NCBI GenBank assembly: GCA_043809745.1
Contig: JBDROU010000046.1
Location: 1,733 to 65,732, forward strand
Origin: a bacterium
Lineage (GTDB): Bacteria > Elusimicrobiota > JBDRMW01 > JBDROU01
Length of the DNA: 64,000 nucleotides
Direction of reading: 5' to 3'
Numbering within the stretch: position 1 is the first letter of the stretch; every line of letters starts with the position of its first letter. A program made the translations under genes and the position numbers. The notes under the pieces are model-generated. The model worked only from the letters and a program-made list of their open reading frames with translations. It did no database searches and was not told the origin of the DNA. This document shows, in pieces, positions 17,136 through 27,833 of this stretch.

Positions 17136-17846
17136 TTACTCTTCGAATTTGTAACCCATGCCTTCTACGGTGGAAATTTTGCTTGCGTATTTACCGAGTT
17201 TTTTTCTCAAACTTTTAATATGGACATCTACGGTTCTTGTAGTGCCAAAATACTCATAACCCCAGATACTCTCGATTATAAACGACCTATCCAGGACTTT
17301 CCCTTTCTTCTTCAACAGCACACAGAGCAGCCCGAATTCCTTTTTGGTGAGTTCTATAGGAGTATTTTTCAGGTTTACTGTATGTTTATTCAGGTTCACA
17401 ACAAGATCATCGCATTTAAGAATTTGCTTGTCTTCATCTTTGAACTGATTCTTTCTTAAAGAGGCTTTTACACGGGCAACCAGCTCACCCGGGCTAAATG
17501 GCTTGGTCATATAATCATCCGCACCTATCTCCAAACCGAGAATCTTATCTGAATCATCAGATTTTGTACTGAGCATTATAACGGTAATTCCGGCTAAGCG
17601 CTCGTCACCCTTTACTGTTTTGCAGATGTCAATTCCGCTCGGACCGGGCAGTTTTACGTCAAGAATCATTAAATCCGGTTTGGTTTCCCTTAATTTCTTA
17701 AATGCTTCGTTAGCGTTTTTAGCCAAGGATACTATATAGCCCTCATTTTCAAGTATATCCTTTACCACCCTTAGTATATCCGCCTCATCATCTACTACAA
17801 GAACTCTTTGTTTTATAGTAACAGACATAATTCCTCCTAAAATCAA
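17136..17846 (-). CDS. OmpR/PhoB-family response regulator (REC plus winged-helix), orphan
   Basis: Receiver motifs 'VLVVDDE', 'LMILDVKLPG', 'MLSTKSD' and a trans_reg_C domain 'ELTKKEFGLLCVLL...TRTVDVHIKSLRKKL'. No histidine kinase is adjacent. Confidence 0.85.
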   Translation of the reverse strand: MILGGIMSVTIKQRVLVVDDEADILRVVKDILENEGYIVSLAKNANEAFKKLRETKPDLMILDVKLPGPSGIDICKTVKGDERLAGITVIMLSTKSDDSDKILGLEIGADDYMTKPFSPGELVARVKASLRKNQFKDEDKQILKCDDLVVNLNKHTVNLKNTPIELTKKEFGLLCVLLKKKGKVLDRSFIIESIWGYEYFGTTRTVDVHIKSLRKKLGKYASKISTVEGMGYKFEE

Positions 17847-17918
17847 CTCTCACTAATTTAATTATAAATGACAATACAAAATTGCGCAAGGGGGTATGTG
17901 AATTTTCAAATCTTAAAT

Positions 17919-19919
17919 TTATCTGTCTGCTTTTTTTCTTCTGGGCATCATCTCCCTTATCTGGAAGATTTTATCCCTAATTGAAGCGGCAGTTTCAAAA
18001 TCCAGGTTATCAGCGGCTTCACGCATCTGTTTTTCTAAATCCCTGAGCAGAGATTTCATATTCCCTTTTAGAGCATAAGGCAGTCCATAATCCTTAATCA
18101 GCGAAAGAACTTCATGTTTAGCTTTATATTGAAACTCTTCCAACTCCTGGACTTCTTTTTCAATAGTTTTGGGGGTAATATTGTTTATATTATTATACTC
18201 AAGCTGTTTTAATCTTCGCCTGCTCATCTCGTCTATGGCCCTTTTCATGGATCCTGTTATATTATCCGCATAAAGTACTACTCTGCCGTTAACATTTCTG
18301 GCAGCCCTGCCGCACACCTGTATCAGTGTGGTCTCAGATCTTAAGAAACCTTCCTTATCCGCATCCAGAACAGCTACAAGCGATACTTCGGGCAGATCAA
18401 GGCCTTCCCTCAATAGATTTATGCCAACCAGCACATCAAACTCCCCTTTTCTGAGCGCATTAAGAATATCAACGCGCTTTAAAGCATCAATATCGGAATG
18501 AAGATATTGAACCTTAAATTTCTTGCTAAGGTATTCTGCCAAATCCTCGGCCATCTTCTTTGTTAAAGTGGTTACCAATACGCGTTCTTTATTAGTAATG
18601 GTTTTCTGAATCTCATTAATCAAATCTTCTATTTGTCCCTTTATAGGCCTTACATCAACCTCGGGATCCACTAATCCAGTAGGTCTTATGACCTGCTCAA
18701 TAACGCTTCCTTTTACCTTTTGAAGTTCGTATTTGCCGGGAGTTGCTGAGATACACACCATCTGTGAAACAAGCGATTCAAACTCATTAAATTTTAATGG
18801 CCTGTTATCTAACGCGCTGGGCAACCTGAAACCGTAATCCACCAATGTCTTCTTTCTTGCATAATCACCCTGGTACATCCCGTTAATTTGAGGTATTGTT
18901 ACATGCGATTCATCAATAAAAATTAGAAAATCCTTCGGGAAAAAATCTATAAGGCAAAACGGCCTTTCGCCCGGCGCTCTCCCGGTCAGATGCCTGGAGT
19001 AATTCTCTATACCATGGCAAAAACCTGTTTCCAGCATCATTTCCATATCAAACCTTGTCCTCTGTTCCAACCGCTGGGCTTCAAGCAGTTTATTTTTGCT
19101 CTTAAGGAAAGTAAGTCTATCCGTCAACTCTTCCTCTATGGACTTAAGAGCTTCATTCATTTTATCCTGAGTTGTAACAAAGTGTCTTGCCGGATATATG
19201 AATGATTTATTATGCTCTTCAAGTATTTCACCGGTAAGGGGGTTCACATAGGATATATTTTCAACTGAATCCTCAGGCAGTTCAACTCTTATAAGTTTAT
19301 CCATATATGAAGGAAATATATCAATCACCCCGCCTTTTGCCCGGAACTTACCCCTGGATAAATCCAAATCATTTCTTTCATATTGAATGCTTATAAGCTG
19401 TTCTAAAAGACTCTTTCTGGAAATTTTCATCCCTTTTTCTATATAAACGCACATGTCTTTATAATCCTGAGGCGAGCCTAATCCGTAAATGCACGATACG
19501 CTGGCCACAACTATAATATCGCTGCGTTCGAGCAGTGTAGATGTTGCTTTAAGCCTTAACCTGTCTATATGCTCATTAATTGAGGCATCTTTATCTATGT
19601 ATGTATCGCTCTGCGGCACATATGCCTCGGGTTGATAGTAATCATAATAAGATATGAAATACTCGACAGCATTTTCAGGGAAGAATGACTTAAACTCGGC
19701 ATAAAGCTGCGCTGCAAGTATTTTATTGTGGGAGATAATTAAAACCGGCTTATTCAGCTCTTTTATCACATTTGCTACGGTAAAAGTCTTTCCGGAACCT
19801 GTTACACCAAGCAAAACCTGTATTCTTTCTTCAGCCTTAAGGCCGTCAACGATTGATTTAACAGCTTCAGGCTGATCACCTGAAAGCTTAAACTGGGATA
19901 CAAGCTTAAATTTTTTCAT
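17919..19919 (-). CDS. uvrB: Excinuclease ABC subunit B
   Basis: 666 aa. 'GVTGSGKTFTVANVI', a beta-hairpin region, helicase motifs, and a C-terminal UVR domain 'LDFETAASIRDKI'. Confidence 0.95.
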   Translation of the reverse strand: MKKFKLVSQFKLSGDQPEAVKSIVDGLKAEERIQVLLGVTGSGKTFTVANVIKELNKPVLIISHNKILAAQLYAEFKSFFPENAVEYFISYYDYYQPEAYVPQSDTYIDKDASINEHIDRLRLKATSTLLERSDIIVVASVSCIYGLGSPQDYKDMCVYIEKGMKISRKSLLEQLISIQYERNDLDLSRGKFRAKGGVIDIFPSYMDKLIRVELPEDSVENISYVNPLTGEILEEHNKSFIYPARHFVTTQDKMNEALKSIEEELTDRLTFLKSKNKLLEAQRLEQRTRFDMEMMLETGFCHGIENYSRHLTGRAPGERPFCLIDFFPKDFLIFIDESHVTIPQINGMYQGDYARKKTLVDYGFRLPSALDNRPLKFNEFESLVSQMVCISATPGKYELQKVKGSVIEQVIRPTGLVDPEVDVRPIKGQIEDLINEIQKTITNKERVLVTTLTKKMAEDLAEYLSKKFKVQYLHSDIDALKRVDILNALRKGEFDVLVGINLLREGLDLPEVSLVAVLDADKEGFLRSETTLIQVCGRAARNVNGRVVLYADNITGSMKRAIDEMSRRRLKQLEYNNINNITPKTIEKEVQELEEFQYKAKHEVLSLIKDYGLPYALKGNMKSLLRDLEKQMREAADNLDFETAASIRDKIFQIREMMPRRKKADR

Positions 19920-19964
19920 TTTTACTTATGTTATTTTGGAAGGTTTTTGAGCGATCTCTTTTAC

Positions 19965-20966
19965 CTACATTTTTATATTTATACTATCCTGAGAAAGTTC
20001 AAGGTTAGCACCGAAATCACCTGAGATATCTTTCAGCAGGTCAAATATCCTGAGTTTTTCTTTATCATCCGGCCTTCTTAAGAATGCGTCACCTATTACT
20101 ATCGGGTAAAATACGTATTCAAACCCTGATTTATTTATAATGACCCGTAAAACACCGGTATCATAGCATTTTTTTGACTTGGATAGAAAAAGAAAATTAC
20201 CAAGGCTGTAAAATATCAGTTTGCCATTATAGACTTCAATACCCTGCAGTACATGGGGATGATGTCCGACAACAGCATCTGCTCCGTTATCTATAGCGGT
20301 ATGAGCTATATCCTTCTGCACCTGCTTGGGATAATAAGACCTCTCATCACCGCCGTGATATACAACAAATACATAATCAGCTTTACTTTTAGCTTTTCTC
20401 ACATCCTGCTTTATGTATTCGAGAAACGCTGGGGTTATACCGGGCTTTTCTTTTTTAGCCCACTGTTCAGCCGGCAGGGTGTTAGAAAACCCCAGAAAGG
20501 CAACTTTTACATCGCCAACCGTTACTATTTCCGAATTTCTTGACTCGTAAAGTGAAGGCCCGCCTCCGAAATATTTTATATTATTTTTTTTAAGATTTTC
20601 TAAAGTGTCATTAAACGCTTCATGACCAAAATCCCCAGTATGATTGTTAGCAATATTTACAATATTGATATTAGATTTAACAAGAACCTCCAGCATCTGA
20701 GGATCCGCTTTAAAACGATAAGTCTTCTCTATAGCCTCACCTCTTTTACTCACAGCGGTTTCAAGATTTACGCAGTTTACATGCGAATCCTTAAACAAAT
20801 CACTGATCCGTGAAAATGGATAATCATAGCCGTTTTGTTCGGCCTTTTCTGCTATATAACCGTCCAATCTGACATCACCGGCGAAATTGATTATAACATC
20901 TTGTGAATATAAGGGGCAAACACCCAAGAATATTGTTAGAATGAGAATTGTATTTTTTTTAACCAT
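19965..20966 (-). CDS. CapA/PgsA-type metallophosphoesterase (poly-gamma-glutamate capsule-synthesis family), secreted
   Basis: Signal peptide. 'FAGDVRL', 'GNHTGDFG', 'VVYHGGDE' and 'GHHPHVLQGIE' are calcineurin-like/CapA motifs. Confidence 0.65.
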   Translation of the reverse strand: MVKKNTILILTIFLGVCPLYSQDVIINFAGDVRLDGYIAEKAEQNGYDYPFSRISDLFKDSHVNCVNLETAVSKRGEAIEKTYRFKADPQMLEVLVKSNINIVNIANNHTGDFGHEAFNDTLENLKKNNIKYFGGGPSLYESRNSEIVTVGDVKVAFLGFSNTLPAEQWAKKEKPGITPAFLEYIKQDVRKAKSKADYVFVVYHGGDERSYYPKQVQKDIAHTAIDNGADAVVGHHPHVLQGIEVYNGKLIFYSLGNFLFLSKSKKCYDTGVLRVIINKSGFEYVFYPIVIGDAFLRRPDDKEKLRIFDLLKDISGDFGANLELSQDSINIKM

Positions 20967-21745
20967 ATTAAACTGTTCTTTATACTTTTTAGTTTTTTAC
21001 CATTTAGAGTAATCGGAGTCAACGATATATCCCCTTTCTTTACAGTTTCCACATCACTCCCTTTGCCATTTGATGTATTTTTAACCTCTCCCAACAATGT
21101 ATAATGAAATGCCGCATTATTTATAATTCTTTTTATAAAGTTTCTGCCGTACTCACGGTTCCCGATTGCTGCAACTGTAATTCTGGATTTCGTAAAATTA
21201 ACTTTAGCAGGAATATTTACATTTAGATAGACTCCCTTTGGCAGAGCATTTTCCAATATACCCTTGCATATTTTATAAGAAATTATCTGAGCTTTTGACA
21301 GATTCATCTTATTTTTATCACATATCTGCGAGATTGCAACAGAAGGGATGCCTGCTATTGAAGCTTCCCTGGCGCAGGCCACGGTAGCGGAATAAATTGT
21401 ATCTATCCCTAAATTGGGCCCTTTATTGATGCCAGCCGCAACCAGATCAATCTTGCTCTTCACAACTGCTGTATAACCCAGCCGAACGCAATCAGCCGGT
21501 GTGCCGGAAACCGTAAAAAATCTGCCTTTAATCTTTTCCATTATATATTTTTGAAACGAATTAAAGGTTCTTTTATATCTTTTAACTAATATTGGCCTAT
21601 CTAAGGTTATAGCATGACTTAAGGCAGAACAATCCCTGTCCGGAACAACAACAAAAACATTCCCCAACGGAATAAGAGCTTCTACTAATGGGAATAATCC
21701 CTCGCCAAGATACCCATCATCATTTGTTATTAATATATTTTTCAT
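20936..21745 (-). CDS. surE: 5'/3'-nucleotidase SurE
   Basis: 'MKNILITNDDGYLGEGL' is the SurE N-terminal signature. 269 aa. Confidence 0.85.
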   Translation of the reverse strand: MKNILITNDDGYLGEGLFPLVEALIPLGNVFVVVPDRDCSALSHAITLDRPILVKRYKRTFNSFQKYIMEKIKGRFFTVSGTPADCVRLGYTAVVKSKIDLVAAGINKGPNLGIDTIYSATVACAREASIAGIPSVAISQICDKNKMNLSKAQIISYKICKGILENALPKGVYLNVNIPAKVNFTKSRITVAAIGNREYGRNFIKRIINNAAFHYTLLGEVKNTSNGKGSDVETVKKGDISLTPITLNGKKLKSIKNSLIWLKKIQFSF

Positions 21746-22838
21746 TTAATCTATTCAGTTCAGAATTAATGGTTGACAATGGATTAAGGTTGTATTCAGG
21801 AAGCAGCTCAAATCTCCGCTCATAAGAAACTAACAGTTTTTTATTTTTAGCGAACCTCATTAATATCTCAAAGAGCTTGTCTTTATCCATATTATTTTCC
21901 TCTTCAAGTATAATGCACTCTTGTTCTGCCAGATAACCGGCATTTATAAACTGGTGATTGTTAGCGGCATGTAAAAATGGAATTAACAATGCCGGCTTAC
22001 GCAAAGCGATTATTTCTGCGATTGTTGTTGCCCCGGCTCTTGCTATTAAAAAATCTGATTCGTGATATAACTGCTCAACCTGATAGTGATATGAGTACAC
22101 TTCCGCATTAATTCCTATTTGATTGTAACAACTTTTTACCATAGAATAATCATTCTTCCCTGTTATATGCTTTATATAAAATTTGCCTTTCTGATCCTTT
22201 AACAGCTCTAAAGATGAGACCATGAGTTTATTTAAGAAATGAGCTCCCTGGCTGCCACCCAATATCAAAATCCTTAAGGCTAGCGAATGCATGCTTGGCT
22301 TATCACGGATATCCAAAACTTCCTTTCTTATCGGATTACCGCTTAAAAAAACCTTACTTTTAGGAAAGCAGCCTATACTGTTATTAAAACTTACTGCAAT
22401 CCTGGAAGCAAACCTGCTTAGCACTGTGTTTGCCAAACCCGGCCGCACATTTTGTTCGTGCAGTATTATTGGGATTTTCTTAAAATAGCCGGATATCACC
22501 GGCGCAAATGACATGAAACCTCCTGTTGAAATAATCACATCCGGCCTTATTTCAGACATTACTCGCCATGACTTAAATATACTCATTAAATTAACAAGAA
22601 TGAACGGTATATATTTTAAGATATTCATTTTAGGGAAAGCATATCCGGGAACTGTTTGATATCTATAATTTTCTTTTTTTAATATTGCTTGGACAATAGG
22701 CCGCTCACCAATAATAAATGATATTTGCCAGCTGTACTCTAAAGATTTCGCAATCGCAATACCTGGATACAGATGCCCCCCTGTATCACCCCCTATAATC
22801 AGCAACCGTTTATTATTTCCTTTTATTGACTCATTCAT
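21720..22838 (-). CDS. murG: UDP-N-acetylglucosamine--N-acetylmuramyl-(pentapeptide)-pyrophosphoryl-undecaprenol GlcNAc transferase
   Basis: 'LIIGGDTGGHLYPGIAIAKSL' and a C-terminal GT28 domain 'ARAGATTIAEI'. Confidence 0.9.
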   Translation of the reverse strand: MNESIKGNNKRLLIIGGDTGGHLYPGIAIAKSLEYSWQISFIIGERPIVQAILKKENYRYQTVPGYAFPKMNILKYIPFILVNLMSIFKSWRVMSEIRPDVIISTGGFMSFAPVISGYFKKIPIILHEQNVRPGLANTVLSRFASRIAVSFNNSIGCFPKSKVFLSGNPIRKEVLDIRDKPSMHSLALRILILGGSQGAHFLNKLMVSSLELLKDQKGKFYIKHITGKNDYSMVKSCYNQIGINAEVYSYHYQVEQLYHESDFLIARAGATTIAEIIALRKPALLIPFLHAANNHQFINAGYLAEQECIILEEENNMDKDKLFEILMRFAKNKKLLVSYERRFELLPEYNLNPLSTINSELNRLNEKYINNK

Positions 22839-23932
22839 AATTTCGATTGTCTGGAAATATTCAGTATCATGCCGACGGCAGCCATTGTCAGTACAAGCGA
22901 TGACCCTCCAAATGAAAGAAATGGAAGAGAAATCCCTTTTGTTGGAAGCATACCGGTAGACACCGCCATATTAATTAATGCCTGAAATGATATCGCGAAT
23001 ACCAATCCAGCGCATACCAGTGAACCAAACAAAGTGTCAGCCTTCCTTGCAACTGCAAGCCCTCTTATAGAAAAGAACACAAACAGCACTATTAATCCTA
23101 AACACCCTACGAATCCAAGTTCTTCACCAATTATAGGAAAAATAAAATCAGTATAAGGGGTAGGCAGATAAAGCAGCTTCATGGTACTGCCGCCTAAACC
23201 TTTACCGGCAAAACCTCCGGAACCAAACGCCAGAAGCGATTGAATGATCTGGTATCCTGAACCCTGAGGATCATCCCAAGGATTTATGAAAGAAATAAGC
23301 CTTTTCCAACGATAAGAATAAACAAAAATTAAGCCTAATAAGAAAGGGGCCGAAACAACAACTATACCGGATAGATGTACAAAACGAGCCCCTCCGATGA
23401 AAAGCATTACTAAACCCACCGAGGCTATGATGAACGGTATTCCCAAATCCGGTTCAGCTAGAATTAGAACTATTGGCAAACCCATTATGATCAAACCGGG
23501 TATGATGCCTTTTGAAAGTGTATCCATTTTGCTTCTCTTTCTATCTATAAAATATGCCAGCATCAGAATAGTGCTTATTTTAGCAAGTTCCGAAGGCTGA
23601 AAATTGACAGCCCCTAAACTGAGCCATCGCTGAGCGCCTCCGACACTCTTTCCAACAAAAAGGACCAACACCAAAAGTATTATTGTAAGCATATAAATAG
23701 GTATTACAGCTTGCTTCCACTGCTTGTAATCAACATTAATAAAAATAAACATCAGCACACTTCCAAGTAAAACCCAAATAATCTGCTTTTTCAGAAAATA
23801 GGAAAAATCATTATAAGAATCATTGGCAACGATTGCGCTTGATGAATATATCATAATAAGGCCAAAAAATATCAGGAAAAACACAGCAAACATCATGCTC
23901 AAATCCGGACTATGATATCGTTTTGCTTTCAT
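22835..23932 (-). CDS. ftsW: SEDS-family cell division protein FtsW
   Basis: 365 aa, about 10 TM segments. 'QPSELAKI' and 'PDLGIPFI' are FtsW/RodA motifs. Located between murD and murG. Confidence 0.9.
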   Translation of the reverse strand: MKAKRYHSPDLSMMFAVFFLIFFGLIMIYSSSAIVANDSYNDFSYFLKKQIIWVLLGSVLMFIFINVDYKQWKQAVIPIYMLTIILLVLVLFVGKSVGGAQRWLSLGAVNFQPSELAKISTILMLAYFIDRKRSKMDTLSKGIIPGLIIMGLPIVLILAEPDLGIPFIIASVGLVMLFIGGARFVHLSGIVVVSAPFLLGLIFVYSYRWKRLISFINPWDDPQGSGYQIIQSLLAFGSGGFAGKGLGGSTMKLLYLPTPYTDFIFPIIGEELGFVGCLGLIVLFVFFSIRGLAVARKADTLFGSLVCAGLVFAISFQALINMAVSTGMLPTKGISLPFLSFGGSSLVLTMAAVGMILNISRQSKL

Positions 23933-23934
23933 AA

Positions 23935-25284
23935 TTATAATGCCTTAATTAATTTTTTAAAGTGCTCACCGCGTTCTTCAAAATTCTTGTACTGATCAAA
24001 TGATGCGCATGCGGGAGACAAAAGCACAATATCATTATATTTCGCGCGCGAAAACGCGCATTTAACCGCCTTTTCCATATTAATACACTTAAATATTGGG
24101 ACAGTATTTCTTAAATCCCTTTCTATTTTCTTTGATGCTTCCCCAATAAGATAAATACTTTTCACTGTTGGGACAACATAATCGCACAACGGCTTATATG
24201 GGAAACCCTTATCCTCTCCACCGAGAATTAAATGCACATCACTATTGAAAGACTTTAGAGCCACTACAGTTGATTCAACATTGGTTGCTTTAGAGTCATT
24301 AATAAAGCAAACACCGTTTATAACACCCGCATTTTCCAACCTGTGCTCTAAACCCGGAAATGAGTTTATACCTTTAATAATTTTGTTTTTATGCATCCCG
24401 CTTAATTCGCCGATTCCGCATGCCGCAAGAGCGTTTTCTATATTATGCATACCAGGCATCTTCAAATCAGGCATAAAACTATATTTTTTTTCATTTATAT
24501 TTACACATATTCTATGGTTTTTAAACCATATGCCATTTTTTAATTCATCTCTGGAGCTAAAATAAAATATGCCGCTTTTTAAGTGTTTTGATATTTTCTT
24601 TAATACCGGATCGTTAAAATTCAATAATGCATAATCAGAAGCAGTTTGATTCTTAAATATATTCATCTTAGCTATAATATAGTTATTCATTGTTTTATGA
24701 CGGTATAAATGGTCTGGCGTAATATTAGTTATAACACTCATATGCGCCTTAAATTCTTTCAGGATTTCTAATTGATAGCTGGAAACCTCTAATACTATCC
24801 AAGTTTCTTTTTTAGCAACAGGGAGTATATCAAAAACAGGTTTGCCGATATTTCCCGCCACAATTACACTAGGAAATTCTTGTTTCAGAATATGTCCTAT
24901 CATGCTTACAACGGTTGATTTACCATTAGTTCCAGTTACCGCAATAACCTTGGAACTATCCAGATATTTAGCGGCCAGATCAATATCTGTTACAACCGGT
25001 ATTTTCTTTAGTCTTGCTTTTTTTAGTATTGGCATATCCGGCGGTATGCCTGGAGACTTAACTATCAACTCCGCTGAAAGTATCTTATTTCCATGTCTTC
25101 CCCATTCAAACTCGATATTGGAATTATATCGTTTCAATGATTGTTCAATTTCTTCATCCTTATTAATATCACTGACTATAAGATTAATTCCCTTTTTTGA
25201 CAAAAAATTGGCAACTGATTTTCCAGATAAGCCGAGACCCACAACCGCTATTTTTTTATATGGCAAACAAGCTGAGTCTTTCAT
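23935..25284 (-). CDS. murD: UDP-N-acetylmuramoylalanine--D-glutamate ligase
   Basis: 'VAVTGTNGKST' and 'LILGGEDKG'. Mur ligase fold. Confidence 0.9.
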   Translation of the reverse strand: MKDSACLPYKKIAVVGLGLSGKSVANFLSKKGINLIVSDINKDEEIEQSLKRYNSNIEFEWGRHGNKILSAELIVKSPGIPPDMPILKKARLKKIPVVTDIDLAAKYLDSSKVIAVTGTNGKSTVVSMIGHILKQEFPSVIVAGNIGKPVFDILPVAKKETWIVLEVSSYQLEILKEFKAHMSVITNITPDHLYRHKTMNNYIIAKMNIFKNQTASDYALLNFNDPVLKKISKHLKSGIFYFSSRDELKNGIWFKNHRICVNINEKKYSFMPDLKMPGMHNIENALAACGIGELSGMHKNKIIKGINSFPGLEHRLENAGVINGVCFINDSKATNVESTVVALKSFNSDVHLILGGEDKGFPYKPLCDYVVPTVKSIYLIGEASKKIERDLRNTVPIFKCINMEKAVKCAFSRAKYNDIVLLSPACASFDQYKNFEERGEHFKKLIKAL

Positions 25285-25290
25285 TTAATA

Positions 25291-26376
25291 TTACCGGACT
25301 TTTAGGGAACTCAATGCTAACAAAGCCAATATTATGCCTATAATCCAAAACCGAATGGTAATTTTAGGCTCGCTTAATCCGCACAACTCAAAATGATGAT
25401 GCAGGGGCGCCATCTTGAATATGCGCTTCCTGCGCAGCTTAAAGCTGCCTACCTGTAATATTACAGAGATAACCTCAAGAACAAACACACCTCCAACGAT
25501 TATTAAAAGCAACTCCTGCTTTATTATAACCGCCACTACCCCTATGGCGCCTCCCAGAAATAATGACCCCGTATCCCCCATAAAAACCTCTGCAGGATAA
25601 CTATTGTACCACAGAAATCCTAATCCCGCCCCAACCATGGTTGCAAGAAATACAGATAACTCGCCGGCTCCCGCAATAGGGATTATGCGCAGATAACTGG
25701 AGAATTTAACATGTCCCGCTAAATATGCGATAACCGAATAAGTTAATGCAGCAATTATTAAATTACCTATGGCAAGCCCGTCCAATCCATCGGTAAGATT
25801 GACGGCATTTGATGACCCAACTATAACCAGCATCATAAAAAGCAGATAGAATGCACCCAGATTAATATACAGCTCTTTGAAATAGGGGATATTAATATCA
25901 TTTGCGTGACTGATGTTGCTGGGCATGTGATAAAGGAATAATGCTATGGCAAAAGCCAGCAGGCACTGAATTAAAAATTTATATTTTGCTGGTAAACCTT
26001 TAGAATTCTTTTTTACCCATTTGAGATAATCATCCAAAAACCCAACAATACCAAGGAAAATTACCGCTCCTAACACCATGAGTATGTACCGATTGTTTAT
26101 TCTAGCCCACAACAATGTTGATACCACCATGGAAAGCAGGATTGACACCCCTCCCATAGTTGGTATGTACTTCTTATTTATATGGCTTTTAGGGCCATCA
26201 CTCCTTATTTCCTGCGAAATATTTCTCTCCCTGAAATATTTTATCAGCACAGGCGTGAATAAATAACTCAAAATAATTGCTGTAATAATAGCTCCGCCGG
26301 ATCGGAAAGAAATATACTGGAATATATTCAACGGTGAATAATATTCCTTTAACGGAAAAAATAAGTGATAAAGCAT
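25291..26376 (-). CDS. mraY: Phospho-N-acetylmuramoyl-pentapeptide transferase
   Basis: 'PTMGG', 'NAVNLTDGLDGLA' and 'VFMGDTGSL' are MraY signatures. Confidence 0.95.
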   Translation of the reverse strand: MLYHLFFPLKEYYSPLNIFQYISFRSGGAIITAIILSYLFTPVLIKYFRERNISQEIRSDGPKSHINKKYIPTMGGVSILLSMVVSTLLWARINNRYILMVLGAVIFLGIVGFLDDYLKWVKKNSKGLPAKYKFLIQCLLAFAIALFLYHMPSNISHANDINIPYFKELYINLGAFYLLFMMLVIVGSSNAVNLTDGLDGLAIGNLIIAALTYSVIAYLAGHVKFSSYLRIIPIAGAGELSVFLATMVGAGLGFLWYNSYPAEVFMGDTGSLFLGGAIGVVAVIIKQELLLIIVGGVFVLEVISVILQVGSFKLRRKRIFKMAPLHHHFELCGLSEPKITIRFWIIGIILALLALSSLKVR

Positions 26377-26423
26377 AATAAACCTCTTGTCAAACTATAT
26401 ATTATTTTCGGCCTAAATAATTA

Positions 26424-27833
26424 CTAACAAGGCTTATATCTATCCTTAACAGCCTCAACAATTTCCTCGAATTTATTTAATCTTGAAGCCTTAAACAACA
26501 TGGCGCAGGGATTATTTAACTCCTTAACCAGAGCATCTACAAGTTCATGATGGGAATCATAAATCTTTATTCTGTCACTAGAAGAAAATTGGTCGCAAAA
26601 TCCCTTAGCTACATACTCACCGAATTCACCGTACCAGAATATCTTATCCAGCGCCTGGGAAGCTAAAACCTTGCCAAGATCATAATGTTCCTGCATAGAA
26701 GCTTTACCCAGCTCATTCATTGTACCTAACACGACAACCTTTCTTTTTATAGCAAACATTGTCGCAAATGCCAGTATTGATTCACGCATTGATTTTGGAT
26801 TAGCATTATATGCGTCATTAATTAAGACATTTGTATTAGACAAACGAATTAAGCTCATATGCATTGGAGGCACCGAAAACTCTTCAAGCCCCTTGATAAT
26901 ATCCTCAATTCTTTTTCCCAGGCGCCATGCAGCCGCTGCTGCTGCCAGCGCATTATATACATTAAATTTACCTATTACCGGAATTTGTACACGATAACGT
27001 TTTCTGTCAATTACCAATGTGAATTGAGTAGCAGGCCAAAGATTTACGCTTTCTGCGGTTACATCAGCAATGTTATCTATCCCAAAAGTAGTAACCCTGC
27101 ATCTTGGTTCTCCCAATTTTTTGGATAACAAAGGATCATCAGCATTTAATATTACTTCGCCATCTTTTTGAATAGAATCAACCAACTCCCATTTAGCCCT
27201 CAGAATATTCTCTATAGAACCAAAACCCTCTAAATGCGCTGCTGACACATTTGTAATAATTGCCATTTTTGGTTTACACAACGAAGCAAGTTTTTCTATC
27301 TCGCCTAAACTTGATGCGCCTAACTCGAAAATAGCATATTCATGATCGGTTTCCAACTCAAGCATCATAAGCGGCAAACCAATCTGGTTATTCATATTAC
27401 CTCGCGTACTAAGGACAGAATGACCCTGAGCCAGTATAGAGGCAAGCATCTCCTTGGTAGTTGTTTTTCCATTCGTACCTGTAATACCCACGCTGAATAC
27501 ATTGAATTTATTATGATGAAACAGTGCAAAGTTTTGCAACGCTTCTAATGTATCTTCAACTCTTACGATATGCGGCAGCTGAACTAAAGACCAAGGATTT
27601 TTTTCTATACCAAGCCTGATATCTTTAACTAAAAGCCCCTGCGCGCCTTTTTCTAAAGCTTCATCAAGATACATATGCGCGTCTTTTTTATCTCCTTTTA
27701 AGGCTATAAAGAAGTCACCTTTTTTTAGCGTTCTGGTATCTATACAAACACGATTTACCAGGGCATTCGGATCCCCAATAATCAAATCGCCTTTTACAGC
27801 TTTTACTAATTGCGCAATGCTTATACCTAACAT
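26424..27833 (-). CDS. murF: UDP-MurNAc-tripeptide--D-alanyl-D-alanine ligase
   Basis: 'GITGTNGKTTTKEM' and 'DAYNANPKSM'. Confidence 0.9.
   Translation of the reverse strand: MLGISIAQLVKAVKGDLIIGDPNALVNRVCIDTRTLKKGDFFIALKGDKKDAHMYLDEALEKGAQGLLVKDIRLGIEKNPWSLVQLPHIVRVEDTLEALQNFALFHHNKFNVFSVGITGTNGKTTTKEMLASILAQGHSVLSTRGNMNNQIGLPLMMLELETDHEYAIFELGASSLGEIEKLASLCKPKMAIITNVSAAHLEGFGSIENILRAKWELVDSIQKDGEVILNADDPLLSKKLGEPRCRVTTFGIDNIADVTAESVNLWPATQFTLVIDRKRYRVQIPVIGKFNVYNALAAAAAAWRLGKRIEDIIKGLEEFSVPPMHMSLIRLSNTNVLINDAYNANPKSMRESILAFATMFAIKRKVVVLGTMNELGKASMQEHYDLGKVLASQALDKIFWYGEFGEYVAKGFCDQFSSSDRIKIYDSHHELVDALVKELNNPCAMLFKASRLNKFEEIVEAVKDRYKPC

Noticed and set aside
17118-17459. 113-aa plus-strand ORF
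   Set aside because: It is antisense within the well-supported OmpR response regulator gene.
24245-25288. 106-aa and 148-aa plus-strand ORFs
   Set aside because: They are antisense to murD, which is well supported.
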